The position numbers and the translations under genes are program-made. A stretch of DNA of 64,000 nt from Rhynchobatus australiae (taxonomy: Eukaryota). Shown here one piece after another: positions 1 through 12,480 of this stretch. The stretch covers positions 18,543,521 through 18,607,520 of the forward strand of contig JAUZTB010000071.1 of NCBI GenBank assembly GCA_034780895.1, read 5' to 3'. The notes under the pieces were generated by a model. It saw only the letters and a program-made list of their open reading frames with translations. It ran no database searches and had not been told where the DNA came from. Each line of letters begins with the position of its first letter. The stretch's first letter is position 1.

Positions 1-84
1 ATCTTTTTGAGTGTTTCTATTATTCAGAGTCATTCAAAAGTACCCTGGGCCTAATGGTTTACATTCAAGGAACTGATGTGACAA

Positions 85-610
85 TTCAAATGTGCAGGAA
101 AGTAAGAAAGTGCAGAAAGTAGTGGACCCAGCCTAATACATCACGGGCACATCCCTCCCCACCATTGGTAGTAAAAACAGGGGGAGCTGCCTCAAGAAGG
201 CAGCATCCATCATCAAAGATCTCCACCATCCAGGCCATGCCATCTTCTCACAATTACCATCGGGCAGGAGGTACCGAAGTCTGAAGTCCCACACCACCAG
301 GTTCAAGAATAACTATTTCCCTTGAATCATTCAGTTCTTGAACCAATCGGCACAACCCTAATCACTACAATTTAGCAACACTATAACCACTTTTAAAATT
401 TTGCACTAAAATGGACTTTATTTTGTTCTAATTGTGTTCTTTCTTGTCAAAATTGTGTACAATTTATGTTTAATTTATGTTTTTTTCTTGTGAATGCAGC
501 TTATATGATGCTATGTGCCTGTGATGCTGCTACAAATAAGATTTTCATTGCACATGTGCATACATGTACTTGTGCATATGGTAATAAACTCAACTTTGAC
601 TTTGACTTAA
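85..610 (+). mobile_element. Rex1/Babar-type LINE 3' end (degenerate)
   Basis: Translates VQKVVDPA*YITGTSLPTI...CLKKAASIIKDLHHPGHAIFSQLPSGRRYRSLKSHTTRFKNNYFP, the C-terminal motif of these LINEs. Ends with AATAAA and a (CTTTGA)n tail. Confidence 0.8.
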
Positions 611-624
611 AGGCTACAGAGGTG

Positions 625-1622
625 TTGGATGCTGGAGAGATTGCATAGGATTGGAATACTTCAAAAATAGCTCCACTATTCAAGAAAGGGTGGACACAAA
701 AACCTAGAAACCATAGGCTTGTTACCCTGACATCAATATTTGGGAAAATGCTGTAATCCATTATTAAGGAGGGTGTTTAGAAAATCAAAAGACAATGAAG
801 CAGAGTCTTTATGGTTTTTTGAAAGAAAAATCATTTCTAACAAATTTATTAGAGTTCTTTGAGGATGTAACTAACAGGGTGGATAAAGCAGAATCAGTGA
901 ATATAGTGCACTTGGATTTCCAAAAAGCATTTGATAAAGTGACACATTAAAGCTCATGAGTATGGAAGTAATATATTGGTAAGGATGTGAAATGGGAAGT
1001 ACCATAGTGGGATGCCATGGGGATTAGTGCTGGGTCCTTAACTATGTATTATCTACTTTAATGACTTGGATAAAGGGACTGAGTGTACTGTAGACTAAAT
1101 TGTTGATGATACAAAACAAGGTGGGTTTGCAGGTTCTGAAAACCAAACAAAGAGTTTGCAAAGGGATGTCAGTTAGTGAAATGAGTGGGCAAGAAGTTGA
1201 CAGATGGAGTATAATGTGGGAAAATGTGACATTATACAACTGGTAGGAAAAATCAAAAAAGCAGAATATTGTTTAAATGGAGACAGACAGCAGAATACAT
1301 TTGTGCAGAGGGATCTGAGTATCCTCACATATGAAACACAGCAAATTAATATTAAGGTACAGCAGATGACCAGGAAGACAAGTGAAATGTTGCACTTTAC
1401 CATAATGAGGACAGAGTACAACAATAGGGAAATCTGACAAAACCAAAATAGGTGAGACCACACTTTTAGTACTCTGTTCAATTTTGTTTTTCTTATTTAA
1501 GGAAGGTACATTGCAGATGAGAAAAGTTTCATGGGGTTGATTTATGGGATGAAGAGGTTGATATAGGTGGAAAAGTTGAGCAGGTTGGGCCATATGCATT
1601 GGAGTAAGAGGTGATCTTATTG
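625..1622 (+). mobile_element. CR1 LINE reverse-transcriptase relic
   Basis: Disrupted motifs in order: PLFKKG, LDFQKAFDKV, G.P.G.VLGP, DDTK, MEYNVGKC, QRDL; many frameshifts and stops. Confidence 0.88.
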
Positions 1623-2214
1623 NNNNNNNNNNNNAACTTGCTGGTACTTGCGAGGTGAAATACCAGAAATTCCACATTAAATTGCTCGCATTTCACTTGA
1701 AAATTTGAGCCAGTATCTCACAGGTTTGCATTTCATTTTTCCCATGTTTCTATATAAAATAATCATAGTAAAATGCTGAAAATACATGGTAGGTCAAAAT
1801 CCAAAAGGAAAAGAAAGCTGACCTTTGGATGGAATTACTCTCATTATCCCTCAGTTCTGTAAAATATTTTCATTTAGTAATAAATTCATTTAACAAAATC
1901 AGTGATGAAACAAAACAAATGATGAGCATATGTTTAGAATTTAGCAAGTATCACCCACCAGCAACCCTGCAGCTTTAATTGCATGGAATTAAAATCAAAC
2001 ATTTTTGTTAGCCTAGAATAAGTACAGAAATAATCAGCAGGTCAGGCAGCACCTGGGGAAAAAATCAAGTTAATGTTTCATTGGAACTGGGAAACATTTT
2101 AAGATGTGGAGAAAGGCAGATAGAAAGAAAGCAAAGAAGAGATATCTGATAGTAAGTAGGACAAATAGATTAGATGACAAAAATGGGTGATAGTACATGT
2201 CTGGGTTTAGGGGA

Positions 2215-2490
2215 CATAATGTCAGAGTCAAAGGTCAGCCAATTGAGATTGCGATAAAGAGAAATTTATTTACTCAAGCAACATAAAATCCTTCCTCCAG
2301 GAGGTAGTAGTGACTCCTTCATCCAATCTGATCAAGGCTAAGGTTTATTTGCTTAAGTCACACTAAAGAATATTGGTATAAGCCAACAGAGTGGACTTGA
2401 AGATCAGCCATGAGCTTATTGGAGGGTGGACCAGACTCAAAGATCCAGATGACCCACCCCTGCTTTTATTGATTATGTTCTTATGTTACA
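2215..2490 (+). mobile_element. CR1 3' end fragment
   Basis: Degenerate C-terminal ORF2 and 3'UTR ending cctgcttttattgattatgttcttatgt. Confidence 0.6.
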
Positions 2491-3204
2491 TTTAGAGTGG
2501 ATTTTAACTTCAAATACTTAATGTGTTTCCTTTAGCATTCTGTCAAGAGCATTCAAAATATTTAAATGAGGACAGTTGTATAAGAATTCACTGCTAAAAT
2601 TATCCATTCTTATTATGCATGTACTCTCAGCTTTCAAATCGAACATTTCCTTAAGATGAGTGAATTTTGCTAAAACCACATAATGTTGCTTTCATTATTT
2701 GCATTACTTTCCAGGCTCACAGAAAGTAAAAGTTTGGTGTTCTTCTGACCTGCCATATTGTATTTGAAAGGCTCCATAGAATAATCCAAAAGCCTCAAAA
2801 AAAAAGATGAATTGTTAAGTCTTTGTTAAAAAATGCTAGTTTGAGTAAAAAAATGTTGCAAGATAGACTTCACAGCAAAGAAACNNNNNNNNNNNNNNNN
2901 NNNNNNNNNNNNNNNNNNNTGAAATGCCATCTGCAGCAGAGAGTATTTTTCATTCTCCTTATGTGCTGCCAGTTGAGATTGGAGTTTATTTCTGGGTGAT
3001 TAAGATCACCTTACCATTTATCTAAAAAAAGAATTATCATGGTTCTCCATATTAGTGGGGATGTATTGTTCCATTACAAGCTCCATATTCCATCCTTTCT
3101 CTTTGATATGCTGTGTCTGTTTGGCCTTTCCATGTCTTAGTCAGGATAAAGATTCATCTCCACCGCAAGGCCAAAATGCATGACCAAGTTTCACATCCCA
3201 AGGT

Positions 3205-3432
3205 AGCAATGAGGGAGTGCTGTGTGATCAGAGGCGCTCTCTTTAAAATGAAATGTCGATACATCGCTGTCTTCCATGGAACTACCAGCTGTTCCCCATT
3301 CTGGCCTCAACCCACCTGCTGAGTCCTGGTTATTATTCATCCTCTCTATTAACACTGCCAAAATAGACCAGTCATCATTCGCCTCATTGGTGTTTGTGCA
3401 GCCACTTTGTGCTTAAACTGGTGCACATATTT
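3205..3432 (+). mobile_element. DeuSINE (SacSINE1/AmnSINE-like) fragment
   Basis: gagggagtgctg...agaggcgctctcttt...gtcctggttattattcatcc...cattggtgtttgtg resembles the recalled Deu-domain consensus. Confidence 0.55.
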
Positions 3433-3579
3433 ATCCAGGAAAAAATATCAATGAAGGTGAAGGGCTTAAGTCATGCTTAAGTCAGGCTGTGAGTTCATCC
3501 TGTACAAACTGACGATTAGATTAGGCCAAAACAAATAAAAAGGTGTTGATTTCATGCACTGGTTTGCAAAATAATATTG

Positions 3580-4022
3580 ATTCCTGGGATGAAGGGGCTG
3601 CTATATGAACAGAGATTGATCAGATGTGCCTTGAGCAGATCTGGAGTTTAGAGGAAGGAGAGGTGATCACATTGAGCCATGATTCAGAGGGGATTAGATG
3701 GAGCAGTTGATGTGCAGATGTTTCCCTGGTGGGAAGTATAGAACTCAGGCTACAGTCTCAGGATAATAGGCTTGACATTTAAGGCTAAGATGAGGAATTT
3801 CTGCTCTCAGAGAACTGTTAATCTTTAGAGTTGTCTATCCTTGAGTATTGTGGGCAGTGAGTGTATCCAACGCTAAAAGAGATGGAGAGATTATATGGGA
3901 ATAAGGGTATGAAGATCGCTAAAATGGTGGAATTGGGACCAAAGATCAGATCAGCAGTAATCTTATTAAAAGGAGGGTTAGCTCAAGGTCCTGCTTCTGC
4001 TCTTATTCACTTTGTTCTTACA
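3580..4022 (+). mobile_element. CR1 3' end fragment
   Basis: gggatgaaggggctg...ctggagtttagaggaaggagaggtgatc...gatgaggaatttc...ctcagagaactgttaatct and 3'UTR tail. Confidence 0.75.
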
Positions 4023-5696
4023 ATAATGGGAACCTGCTAATTAAGAAAAAAAAACTCCCTCTGTAAAACTTGGCAATGTATTTCCCACCCACATGTCGAA
4101 GGCTTATTTTGACTTGCATGCACTTGCTTTTATGCACTAGTTGCATTTTACTGGCAGAAAGCTGCTAGCATAAATCAAATTGGAAAACAAGGTTTTGAAA
4201 CATCCTAAGCAGACAGACTGTAGATTGTGTTACAGACAAAACTGCAGAGAGAGACCTATGCCTTGAAGAATGCTGCTAACCTGCTGTAACCCTGTCTAAA
4301 AGACTCAAAACATAGACAGCCATGCTTTATTTTTTATACATTCCCAGGGACTGACAAGTTGATTCTTTCAATATGGGCTTCATCTGGCTAAGATCTGAGG
4401 GGGCTCATCTGACCCCGACAAAATATTTGTCACCATGAGAAGTAGTTTGAAGTTTACACTTCTAGGGTCAGTATCACATTAAATAAATGTCGACTATGAC
4501 TAGCAAGTTAATTTTCCATATGGTTAAGATGCACANNNNNNNNNNNNNNNNNNNNNNNNNNNNNNNNNNNNNNNNNNNNNNNNNNNNNNNNNNNNNNNNN
4601 NNNNNNNNNNNNNNNNNNNNNNNNNNNNNNNNNNNNNNNNNNNNNNNNNNNNNNNNNNNNNNNNNNNNNNNNNNNNNNNNNNNNNNNNNNNNNNNNNNNN
4701 NNNNNNNNNNNNNNNNNNNNNNNNNNNNNNNNNNNNNNNNNNNNNNNNNNNNNNNNNNNNNNNNNNNNNNNNNNNNNNNNNNNNNNNNNNNNNNNNNNNN
4801 NNNNNNNNNNNNNNNNNNNNNNNNNNNNNNNNNNNNNNNNNNNNNNNNNNNNNNNNNNNNNNNNNNNNNNNNNNNNNNNNNNNNNNNNNNNNNNNNNNNN
4901 NNNNNNNNNNNNNNNNNNNNNNNNNNNNNNNNNNNNNNNNNNNNNNNNNNNNNNNNNNNNNNNNNNNNNNNNNNNNNNNNNNNNNNNNNNNNNNNNNNNN
5001 NNNNNNNNNNNNNNNNNNNNNNNNNNNNNNNNNNNNNNNNNNNNNNNNNNNNNNNNNNNNNNNNNNNNNNNNNNNNNNNNNNNNNNNNNNNNNNNNNNNN
5101 NNNNNNNNNNNNNNNNNNNNNNNNNNNNNNNNNNNNNNNNNNNNNNNNNNNNNNNNNNNNNNNNNNNNNNNNNNNNNNNNNNNNNNNNNNNNNNNNNNNN
5201 NNNNNNNNNNNNNNNNTGAGCTCACAATGCTGGGGTAATGAGAACAACAAATTCCATCGAACTCCGAAGATTCCTGCTGTTGAAAGAATGCCTTGGAATC
5301 ACTTGCTGTCCCATACACTACCTCAGTATTCACAGGTTGCACGAAGACAAGCATCTCTGACAGACAGATCAGGAGAATAATAACTAATTCAAAGCATATT
5401 TTCTGAGAAATCAGTTTACATTTTGAACATATGCAAAACAAACTGGGTGAAATTCCTTCCATTAGTATGTTACCCAGAATGATGATCTTTCAAAAGGAAT
5501 GTCTTGTGCCCAAAGTAAGTTGATTTTTATAAAACTACTGACAGTAGGTATTTCATTCCAATGTAATCTTTTAAAATAACCCAGAGATGGAATATGGATC
5601 TATTCATTTCAAAACTGTGAACACACAGGAAAATTGTTCTATATAGAAATAACCTCTCTCAGCGAATTAGTGTCGGTCATTACTTGGATCAAAGAA

Positions 5697-5738
5697 TTAT
5701 AGGAGACAACTTATAGGAGACAACTTATAGGAGACAAC
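5697..5738. repeat. 14-bp tandem repeat x3 (TTATAGGAGACAAC)
   Basis: Three exact consecutive copies. Confidence 0.95.
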
Positions 5739-6680
5739 CACTGACAGGGTCTTGATTCACTTCCATTATACATCCAGATAGATGTTGGTTAATACATTGG
5801 ATTGGATTGTGTTATTTGCCAGTTGGCAGTAATAGAGGGAGCCCATTTCTGACTGCTGCACTCGCACTTTACAATGCAGAAGTCAGGAAAAAGCTGGAAG
5901 TCAGATGTCAGTGCCTCTGGCCTTCCAGTTCCATGGCAGCCATGGAAGCATGGCCCACTGATTTGAATGAAATCAATGACCTTCGTGAAATGGAGGTAAA
6001 TGGTTCATTTTTTACTTTAATTACATGTTTTAATTGATTTCTAACACCTGTTAATTAAAAGCATTACTTTTTATTTTTTTAAATCTCTAATCATTTGCAA
6101 TATTTGATTTAATTATTTAAACTTTTTGAACTGTTTTTAACTGTGATGGCCTTTATTAGCAGCAAACTGTCACCGCAGCTTGGAGTTGGTGCTTCACCTG
6201 AGGACTATTCACTACTCATTGACCACTCCACTTCATGAGTTGTCTGTGGCAGTAGGCCATAGGGTGTTTGACCTTTAGGGCTGCATAAAGTAAGTGCTGC
6301 ATAGGAATGGCACGTGGTGGGTGTTAGAGGGGTTGCTGGTGGGAGATGGAGCATGTTTCAGAAAGAACATGACCCAATCCATTGTGACTGTTCAATATGG
6401 TAATGGTAAAGTTTACATGTTTTTTTTCATGAAATTCTTTGGTTTGCTGTCTTAATGAAGGGGTTAACCCATCTGAAGTAAGTAGGTAATTGACTGAGCA
6501 ATGTTTCTCTTTCCTTTGCAATGAATGTACAATGTTCCTATTGGAATGGATACCAAAGGAGCATTAACTTATTTGCTTCCTTGAAATTTTTTTTGTGTAA
6601 AGAAAGAACTTGTATTTATAAATGGATTATACTCTCAGGAAATCTCTCAGTACTTCACATTCAGTGATTTACATTTTTGA

Positions 6681-6905
6681 GCAACACACAAAAAGCTGGA
6701 GAAACTCAGCAGGTCAGGCACCATCTATGGAGGGAAATGAACAGTTTCCATTTCGAGTTGAGACTCTTCATCTGGATTCATCTGGTCCAGATGAAGGGTC
6801 TTGACCTGAAATGTCTACTGTCTATTTCCCTCCATAGATGCTGCCTGACCTACTGATTTCCTCCAGCATCTTGTGTGTTGTTCCAGAATCCAGCACCTGC
6901 AGTTT
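6681..6905. mobile_element. Palindromic Penelope-derived element with degenerate hammerhead motifs
   Basis: Inverted arms of ~95 bp (6681-6776 and 6787-6880). Each inner end reads CAGATGA-A-stem-GAAA (CAGATGAAGGGTCTTGACCTGAAATGTC at 6788-6815). Confidence 0.75.
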
Positions 6906-6906
6906 T

Positions 6907-7301
6907 TGTCACAATGTTGAGCAAAGATCAAGCTCACAGAGAACCCAAATGCAGCACATCAATACAAGACTGGAGTCAGGATACTTCCTCGGGACAAACA
7001 CAGGCAGCAACCGGAAGGAATCTTGCCTCAGAGATCTGAAGAAGAATCCCAACACAAACTGAATCTTCAAAAAGGAATAGAGAACACAGGGCTGCTCTAG
7101 AGTAGACCACTCTAAACAACTAGGAACCAAAGGTAGACCAACACTCTGGCAACTAGTGCTAAAGAAACCCAGGTACTTATGCTAGGCCCCTGATGGGGCT
7201 CAGGTGAGTGTCATTATACAATCAGTCCAGCATGGAATCCATGTGCTGTACAACGAGCACCCAAGGGGCCAAATCAGGGGCCAGTACTCAGAACATTGAC
7301 A
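6907..7301. mobile_element. Probable solo LTR
   Basis: 395 bp bounded by TGTCA...TGACA inverted termini, flanked by gtttt/gtttc (imperfect 5-bp TSD). Confidence 0.55.
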
Positions 7302-9689
7302 GTTTCCCATGTTTATTTATTTTGAAGTTTGCTGTACTATTTTATGTGGGCAAACACAGCAACTAAATATTATGCAGCCCATAAAGAAAATACATTATTT
7401 CTTTATAGCATTGACCAAGACCAAGTTCTGCTTTTCTTCCAAACATATTGAGGAGCTTTTTATGCCTACTTTAACAAGTGGCCAGAGCCCACTTCATCCA
7501 ACAAGTGACATCTCTGACAATGCGGTCTTGCTTTGAACTAGAGGATCTACTTAGGTGAAGTACTCAGCTTCTAAAGAGTGCCTCAAAACCATAAATACCT
7601 TGACCCTGACCTTGACACATAAAAATATTTGACCAACAAAGCCACTCCTGAAACAGGGTGGCTGGAAGCTGAACTAGAGCTGCCATAGTGACAAATCATA
7701 TGGGATTTTATAACTAAATGTCAAATTTTGTCCATCAGGCAACTTGCTCTTTTTAACATGTAACATCTTTATAAATGTTAAAAAGAAATGAAACATTAAT
7801 AGATTAAACAAAACACAGTATGCCAACAGAATAAAGCTAGGGTCGCCATGAAAGTAAACTCATTTTCAACACAAGTTGCATTGTCTTTCAGCTATTCTCA
7901 CCATTTTCGGGCTATTGTTTAGTGAACACGACATACTGTGATAAAACTTCTAGATTATGAACTGCTGAGTGATTTAGTAGATATGTTTTTAAGAATTCAA
8001 TCTCATTAGGATAGTTAGTTCTCTGGTAAGATCGAAAAGTGTTGAAATTAAACTTATGCATTTGCTTTGTTCCTGACTTTAATTATATTTTTACAAGACA
8101 AAATTTAATCAGTATACTACTGTCTTGGAGAAGGTCTTATACCTCGCATTTCAGAGTATTTTGTAACTTTGTACCAAATCACAAAGCCCTGTGTGTGTGT
8201 CAGTTCAAGATTGAAACTGCTCAGCTTCAGCTTAAGATACGTAGTGTAAATGTTCCAACTGCATTTTAACTATATAAAACAGAACAATTTCTCCATAGCA
8301 ACAGGAAACTTGAATTTTAGGAGTCTGAAATACTATTAAAAAAAGTTGAGAAATGTTCTGCAAGCCAATCAGTAGCTGTATTATTCAGGAGCTGAATGAC
8401 AATGCTGACAATAGTGCCTGGAACTTTATTTTTCTTCAGATGCTGACATTCTAACGATATATTTTCAGCATGTTCTGTTCATTATTTCAACAGTCGCAAT
8501 GTTGCACTCATTCAGTGAAGTGTATTAACTCTGGTCTAATAACTGAAATAAAAACAGAGAACGCCAGAGTAACTCAACCAGTTGGCAAGTGTCAATGGAG
8601 AAAGAAACAAAGTTTATGGTCCAAATTTTCTACAAAATAGGGCAGCAATTCCACAATTCTAAAACTATGCAGAAGCTCCCAAACATTCAAGCTCTCTGAC
8701 AGCTGGTTCAGCCCAGAGATGTGGCTTTACAGGTTGTCAAAGAATTTCTGTGGAATTGCCAATGAGCCAGGCCTGGTGCTGCTTAGCTCCATCTCAGCTT
8801 CCTGTCGGAGTACCACACCAGGAAGCAGCAGATTCAGCACGTGGACATACAGCAGTGAACAGCTGTAGTGACTCCTGCCATTTTGAAGATNNNNNNNNNN
8901 NNNNNNNTCTCTTCATAGATGCTGTCTGCCCTGTTGAGTATTTCCATCACTTCCTGCTCCAGTATCCACAATATTTTGCTTTTGAATCAATAGTTTATTT
9001 GTTTTGATGGCAGTTAAGATGTTTGTGAAAAACCTGTGAAAAGCTATTAAAATAACCCTTTTCTCCAAAAATGAAATACATAAAACCATTGTTTGTGAAT
9101 ATTTATTGAGTATATCATAATGTTTGCCAACTCATACCAAATTTGTAAGCCCTACTAAAACTATGTTCTGTACCTTTCTTGTATGATGAATAATATTACT
9201 TAATAGGTGTGTCCTTCTTACACACATGTCATATCTTAAGCCCAGTATGTACTAACATATTGTCACACACCCACTGTATTAAAGCAAAATGTATAACAAA
9301 CACATGCATGTGACATGTCCAATATGTACAACACATTCAGATTAGGATGAACCTGCCGTTCAGCATACAATCTTTCCTTGTTCTGACAGGGTCTTAAGCA
9401 GTTATGCAACAGGTCTTTTTGCAACTCATTCGTGGGATGTGCTTTCTACTGCATCCAACTGAATACTCAGTGATTTAAAAAGAATGCAATTATTTTAAGA
9501 TTCCCATCGTTAAATGTCATAAATTATATAATAATAAAAGTTTATTTAATTAATGATCAAATCACTTTAGATATTTTGGATCATATTTTCATTATCTCTG
9601 CTGGCTAATAATGAAATGCCGGTGGCAAGGTTGCTTAAAATAAAATTCTATTTCTGAAAGATTACTCTCAAGTAAAAAGTTTTTAAAAA

Positions 9690-10167
9690 AACCTGCATAT
9701 TCTGGAAATCTGAAATAAAAACAGAAAATGCTGAAAACACTCAGCTGGTCAAGTAGTAACTGTGGAAGGAGAAGCAGTTAATGTCAGCAGCTAAGTCAAA
9801 CTTGGATTGTTTTCTCTGGGGAATTGGAGGCTGAGGGGAGACCTGATAGAAGTTTCTAAAATTATGAAAGGCACGGATAGACAGCGAGAATCTTTCTCCC
9901 AGGGTAGAAATATGGAATACTGGAGGAACTAGCTTTAACGTGAGAGGGGGAAAGTTTGAAGGGGATATGCAGGGCAAGTTTTTACAAAAAGTGGTAGGAG
10001 TTTGGAATGCACTTGGAGGGATGATAGTGGAAGCAGATACCATAGTGGCGTTCAAGAGGCTTTCAAATAGGCACATGAATAAGCAGGAAATGGAGGGATT
10101 CGTTTAATTTGGCATCATGCTGGGTGTAGACATCATAGGCCGAAGGGACTGTTCATGTGCTGTGTAG
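9690..10167 (+). mobile_element. Penelope-derived arm (9690-9786) followed by a CR1 3' end (9797-10167)
   Basis: ctggaaatctgaaataaaaacagaaaatgctg...actcagc arm; then LGLFSL..LRGDLIEVSKIMKG, ttggaatgcac and the CR1 3'UTR. Confidence 0.8.
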
Positions 10168-10625
10168 AACTGGCCATGAACTGCCAAGTTCACCTTTATT
10201 CACAAAAAAGAGTTGGACTTGACAATTCTCCACTGAAGAAACACTAGGTGGCACCATTGTACATTGAATAATTGCTTCTCAAACAGCAAGACTGGTTAAA
10301 AATGTGGTTGCGTTGTGTCTGACTCCATCGTTTGGTAAAAGAGTTCCTCATTTGAAAAATGATCTGTGCGTGATGTCTCCTCACGCATACAGCAAAAATG
10401 TATTATTGAAATAAAATTTGTGTCGATCATTTGAGAATTCAATATGCCCTCTGCTTATTTTCCATTAGCTTCAACAATCAGCATGAGAGCATTGTAACTC
10501 TGTCCTGGAACAACTTTAACCAAATTTGTTATCGTGGCTTCCATAACAAGTAAATTGATTGTGTCCCATCGTGTTCCCACCACACATAAGCAAAGCAAAT
10601 TCAATTCGCTTCCCCTTGTATTAAT

Positions 10626-11195
10626 TGGTGGCAGCTCTGCCTGGGCCAGAAAGATGGAGTTCAAGCACCATTCCAAATGTTGGACCAGAAGACCCAGACT
10701 GGTGCGACGGAGAGAGTGCTGTAATGTTCGAGATGCTCTCGGGTGAGACGTGACATAGAAATTCATCGCTCCCTGGCAGCGTTAAAGGAGCCATATTTTA
10801 GCGACTGTGTATTCTAATTCCTGTCGGCTGCTTTGAACACTCAGCTGCCAATAAATAACGTATTCAGCGTTATAACCGAGAATGAATTTCAAGGTATTTA
10901 AACTGAGGTCGCATCTGCCCTTTCGGGAATCCGACGGGCACTATTTATGAGAAGGTTTGGAAAGTCAACCCAGTCATGCTGGCCATTATTTATGGATAGA
11001 TTAGCTTAATCTTTAATAACTATTATTATATTTTAATGATGGAGTTTGTCTTGTTATGTTGCCATGTGCAGGAGCTAACTGTGTGCAAATTGGCTGTGGT
11101 ATTTTCCATGTTCATTTCAGAAACTGCTTCATTAGCTGCAAAGCCCTTTGCAATGTCCCGTGGTGGTAAGGACACGATATAATGCCAGGATTTTG
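10626..11195 (+). mobile_element. Old DeuSINE (SacSINE1-like), near full length
   Basis: tRNA-like head (gagttcaagcacc), gagagtgctg...gggtgagacg, aaactgaggtcgcatctgccc, ctgtgtgcaaattggctg, tail cttcattagctgcaaagccctttg. Confidence 0.6.
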
Positions 11196-11908
11196 CCTTA
11201 TTCTAGCGCAATTATCAAATAATGTCATAGGAACAGACAACAAATGAGAACTAGTTTGGAGAGAGAATGCACCGAGGAGTCTCTGGTGCGAATTGTATCC
11301 ATCCATTCTGTTTGCACACCTGATTTAGCAAACCTGGGACGGCATAAAAGTAACAGATGCAACTTCCGAAGCATTTTCGGGTGGAATTGCCCATTCGAGA
11401 CATTGCCCCTAATGAAGTTTATCATTAAGTTTTGCTTAAATTATTCCAGGATTACTAAATATGTTGTGATGTGTGGAGTCNNNNNNNNNNNNNNNNNNNN
11501 NNNNNNNGAGGCAGCATATTACTAACCTATTAGTCTGACATCGGTGGGGGGGGGGGGAGTTACTTGGAATCAATTAAAGTTGTACAGTTTTTGAACATAT
11601 TCATCTATTTGCACCAAACTAAGTTTTCTCGGCCCTCTTGAAAGAGAGCAGGCTTCTAAACAGCGACATTAATTCTGTCGACAGCCCATGTTCTCTTCTT
11701 TTCCGAGTGTGTCAGGTAAACAATTACTCATCCTGACGGCGAGGCAACAGTAACTCGGCGCCTCTCGGTGGTGTAACTCTGCGGGGGTAAATTTGTGGAG
11801 AGCACCTTTGGCGGGCGGCTACCTGTGACTCACACACAACCTCTCTGGTTTCCAGCTTCTCTGGGCGCGCGGTGGAGGGTGTTTCGCAAAAGGTGGAGAC
11901 AGCATTTT

Positions 11909-11948
<40 letters not shown>
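11909..11948. repeat. Compound microsatellite (TG)n(AG)n
   Basis: Seen directly ~0.9 kb upstream of Dlx3. Confidence 0.95.
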
Positions 11949-12480
11949 GCGTCTGAAACCATGGGGAAACTTGCTGCACAGGTTAGACCACACCTAACTC
12001 CCAGCAACCAAAACAGTCTACAGTGGATTTGAAGTCGTTTTGCACTTTTTATGCATTTATTATCTTGCATGAGACAGAATAAAAGTGTTTGTATAAAATA
12101 TGGCCGATTACAGATTGAATGGGTATAAATATCGCTGCCCCTCACAAACCGTATTAATTCTAAATGAAAACAATATTACAACAGTAAACAACAGAATTTA
12201 TTAGTTCTAAAACAGCGCTCAGTTCTAAACCCATCCCAACTATTCGACCAGGAACGCAGCGCGAAGTTTGAGTTGACTTCAACCACTGCAAATATTATGC
12301 TGCCTTAGCGAACTCCAAGAAAGGGTTAAATACAGATACTTCAAAGGATCTCTTGTAATATATCTATGTCTATGTTTCCTTTGCAATCTTTCTATATACG
12401 TGAGTCACAAACAAGAAGTAGCCGGGTTAACTTCTATTTTAAAGAAATAAACTGAGTTGTCGACCCGAGGGGTTAAAAAG

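Noticed and set aside
4474-5462. Long ORFs in the ORF track here and at 15.4, 17.3, 19.5, 23.7, 39.5, 42.3 and 44.0 kb
   Set aside because: They only run through N gaps; no coding evidence.
5697-5738. CRISPR-like or functional array
   Set aside because: Simple 14-bp tandem triplication without spacers.
6681-6880. miRNA precursor hairpin
   Set aside because: The hairpin is explained by a multi-copy inverted-repeat mobile element.
11755-11772. BMP/Smad response element GGCGCC-N5-GTCT upstream of Dlx3
   Set aside because: GGCGCC is present but the partner reads GTGG, so the composite motif is not met.
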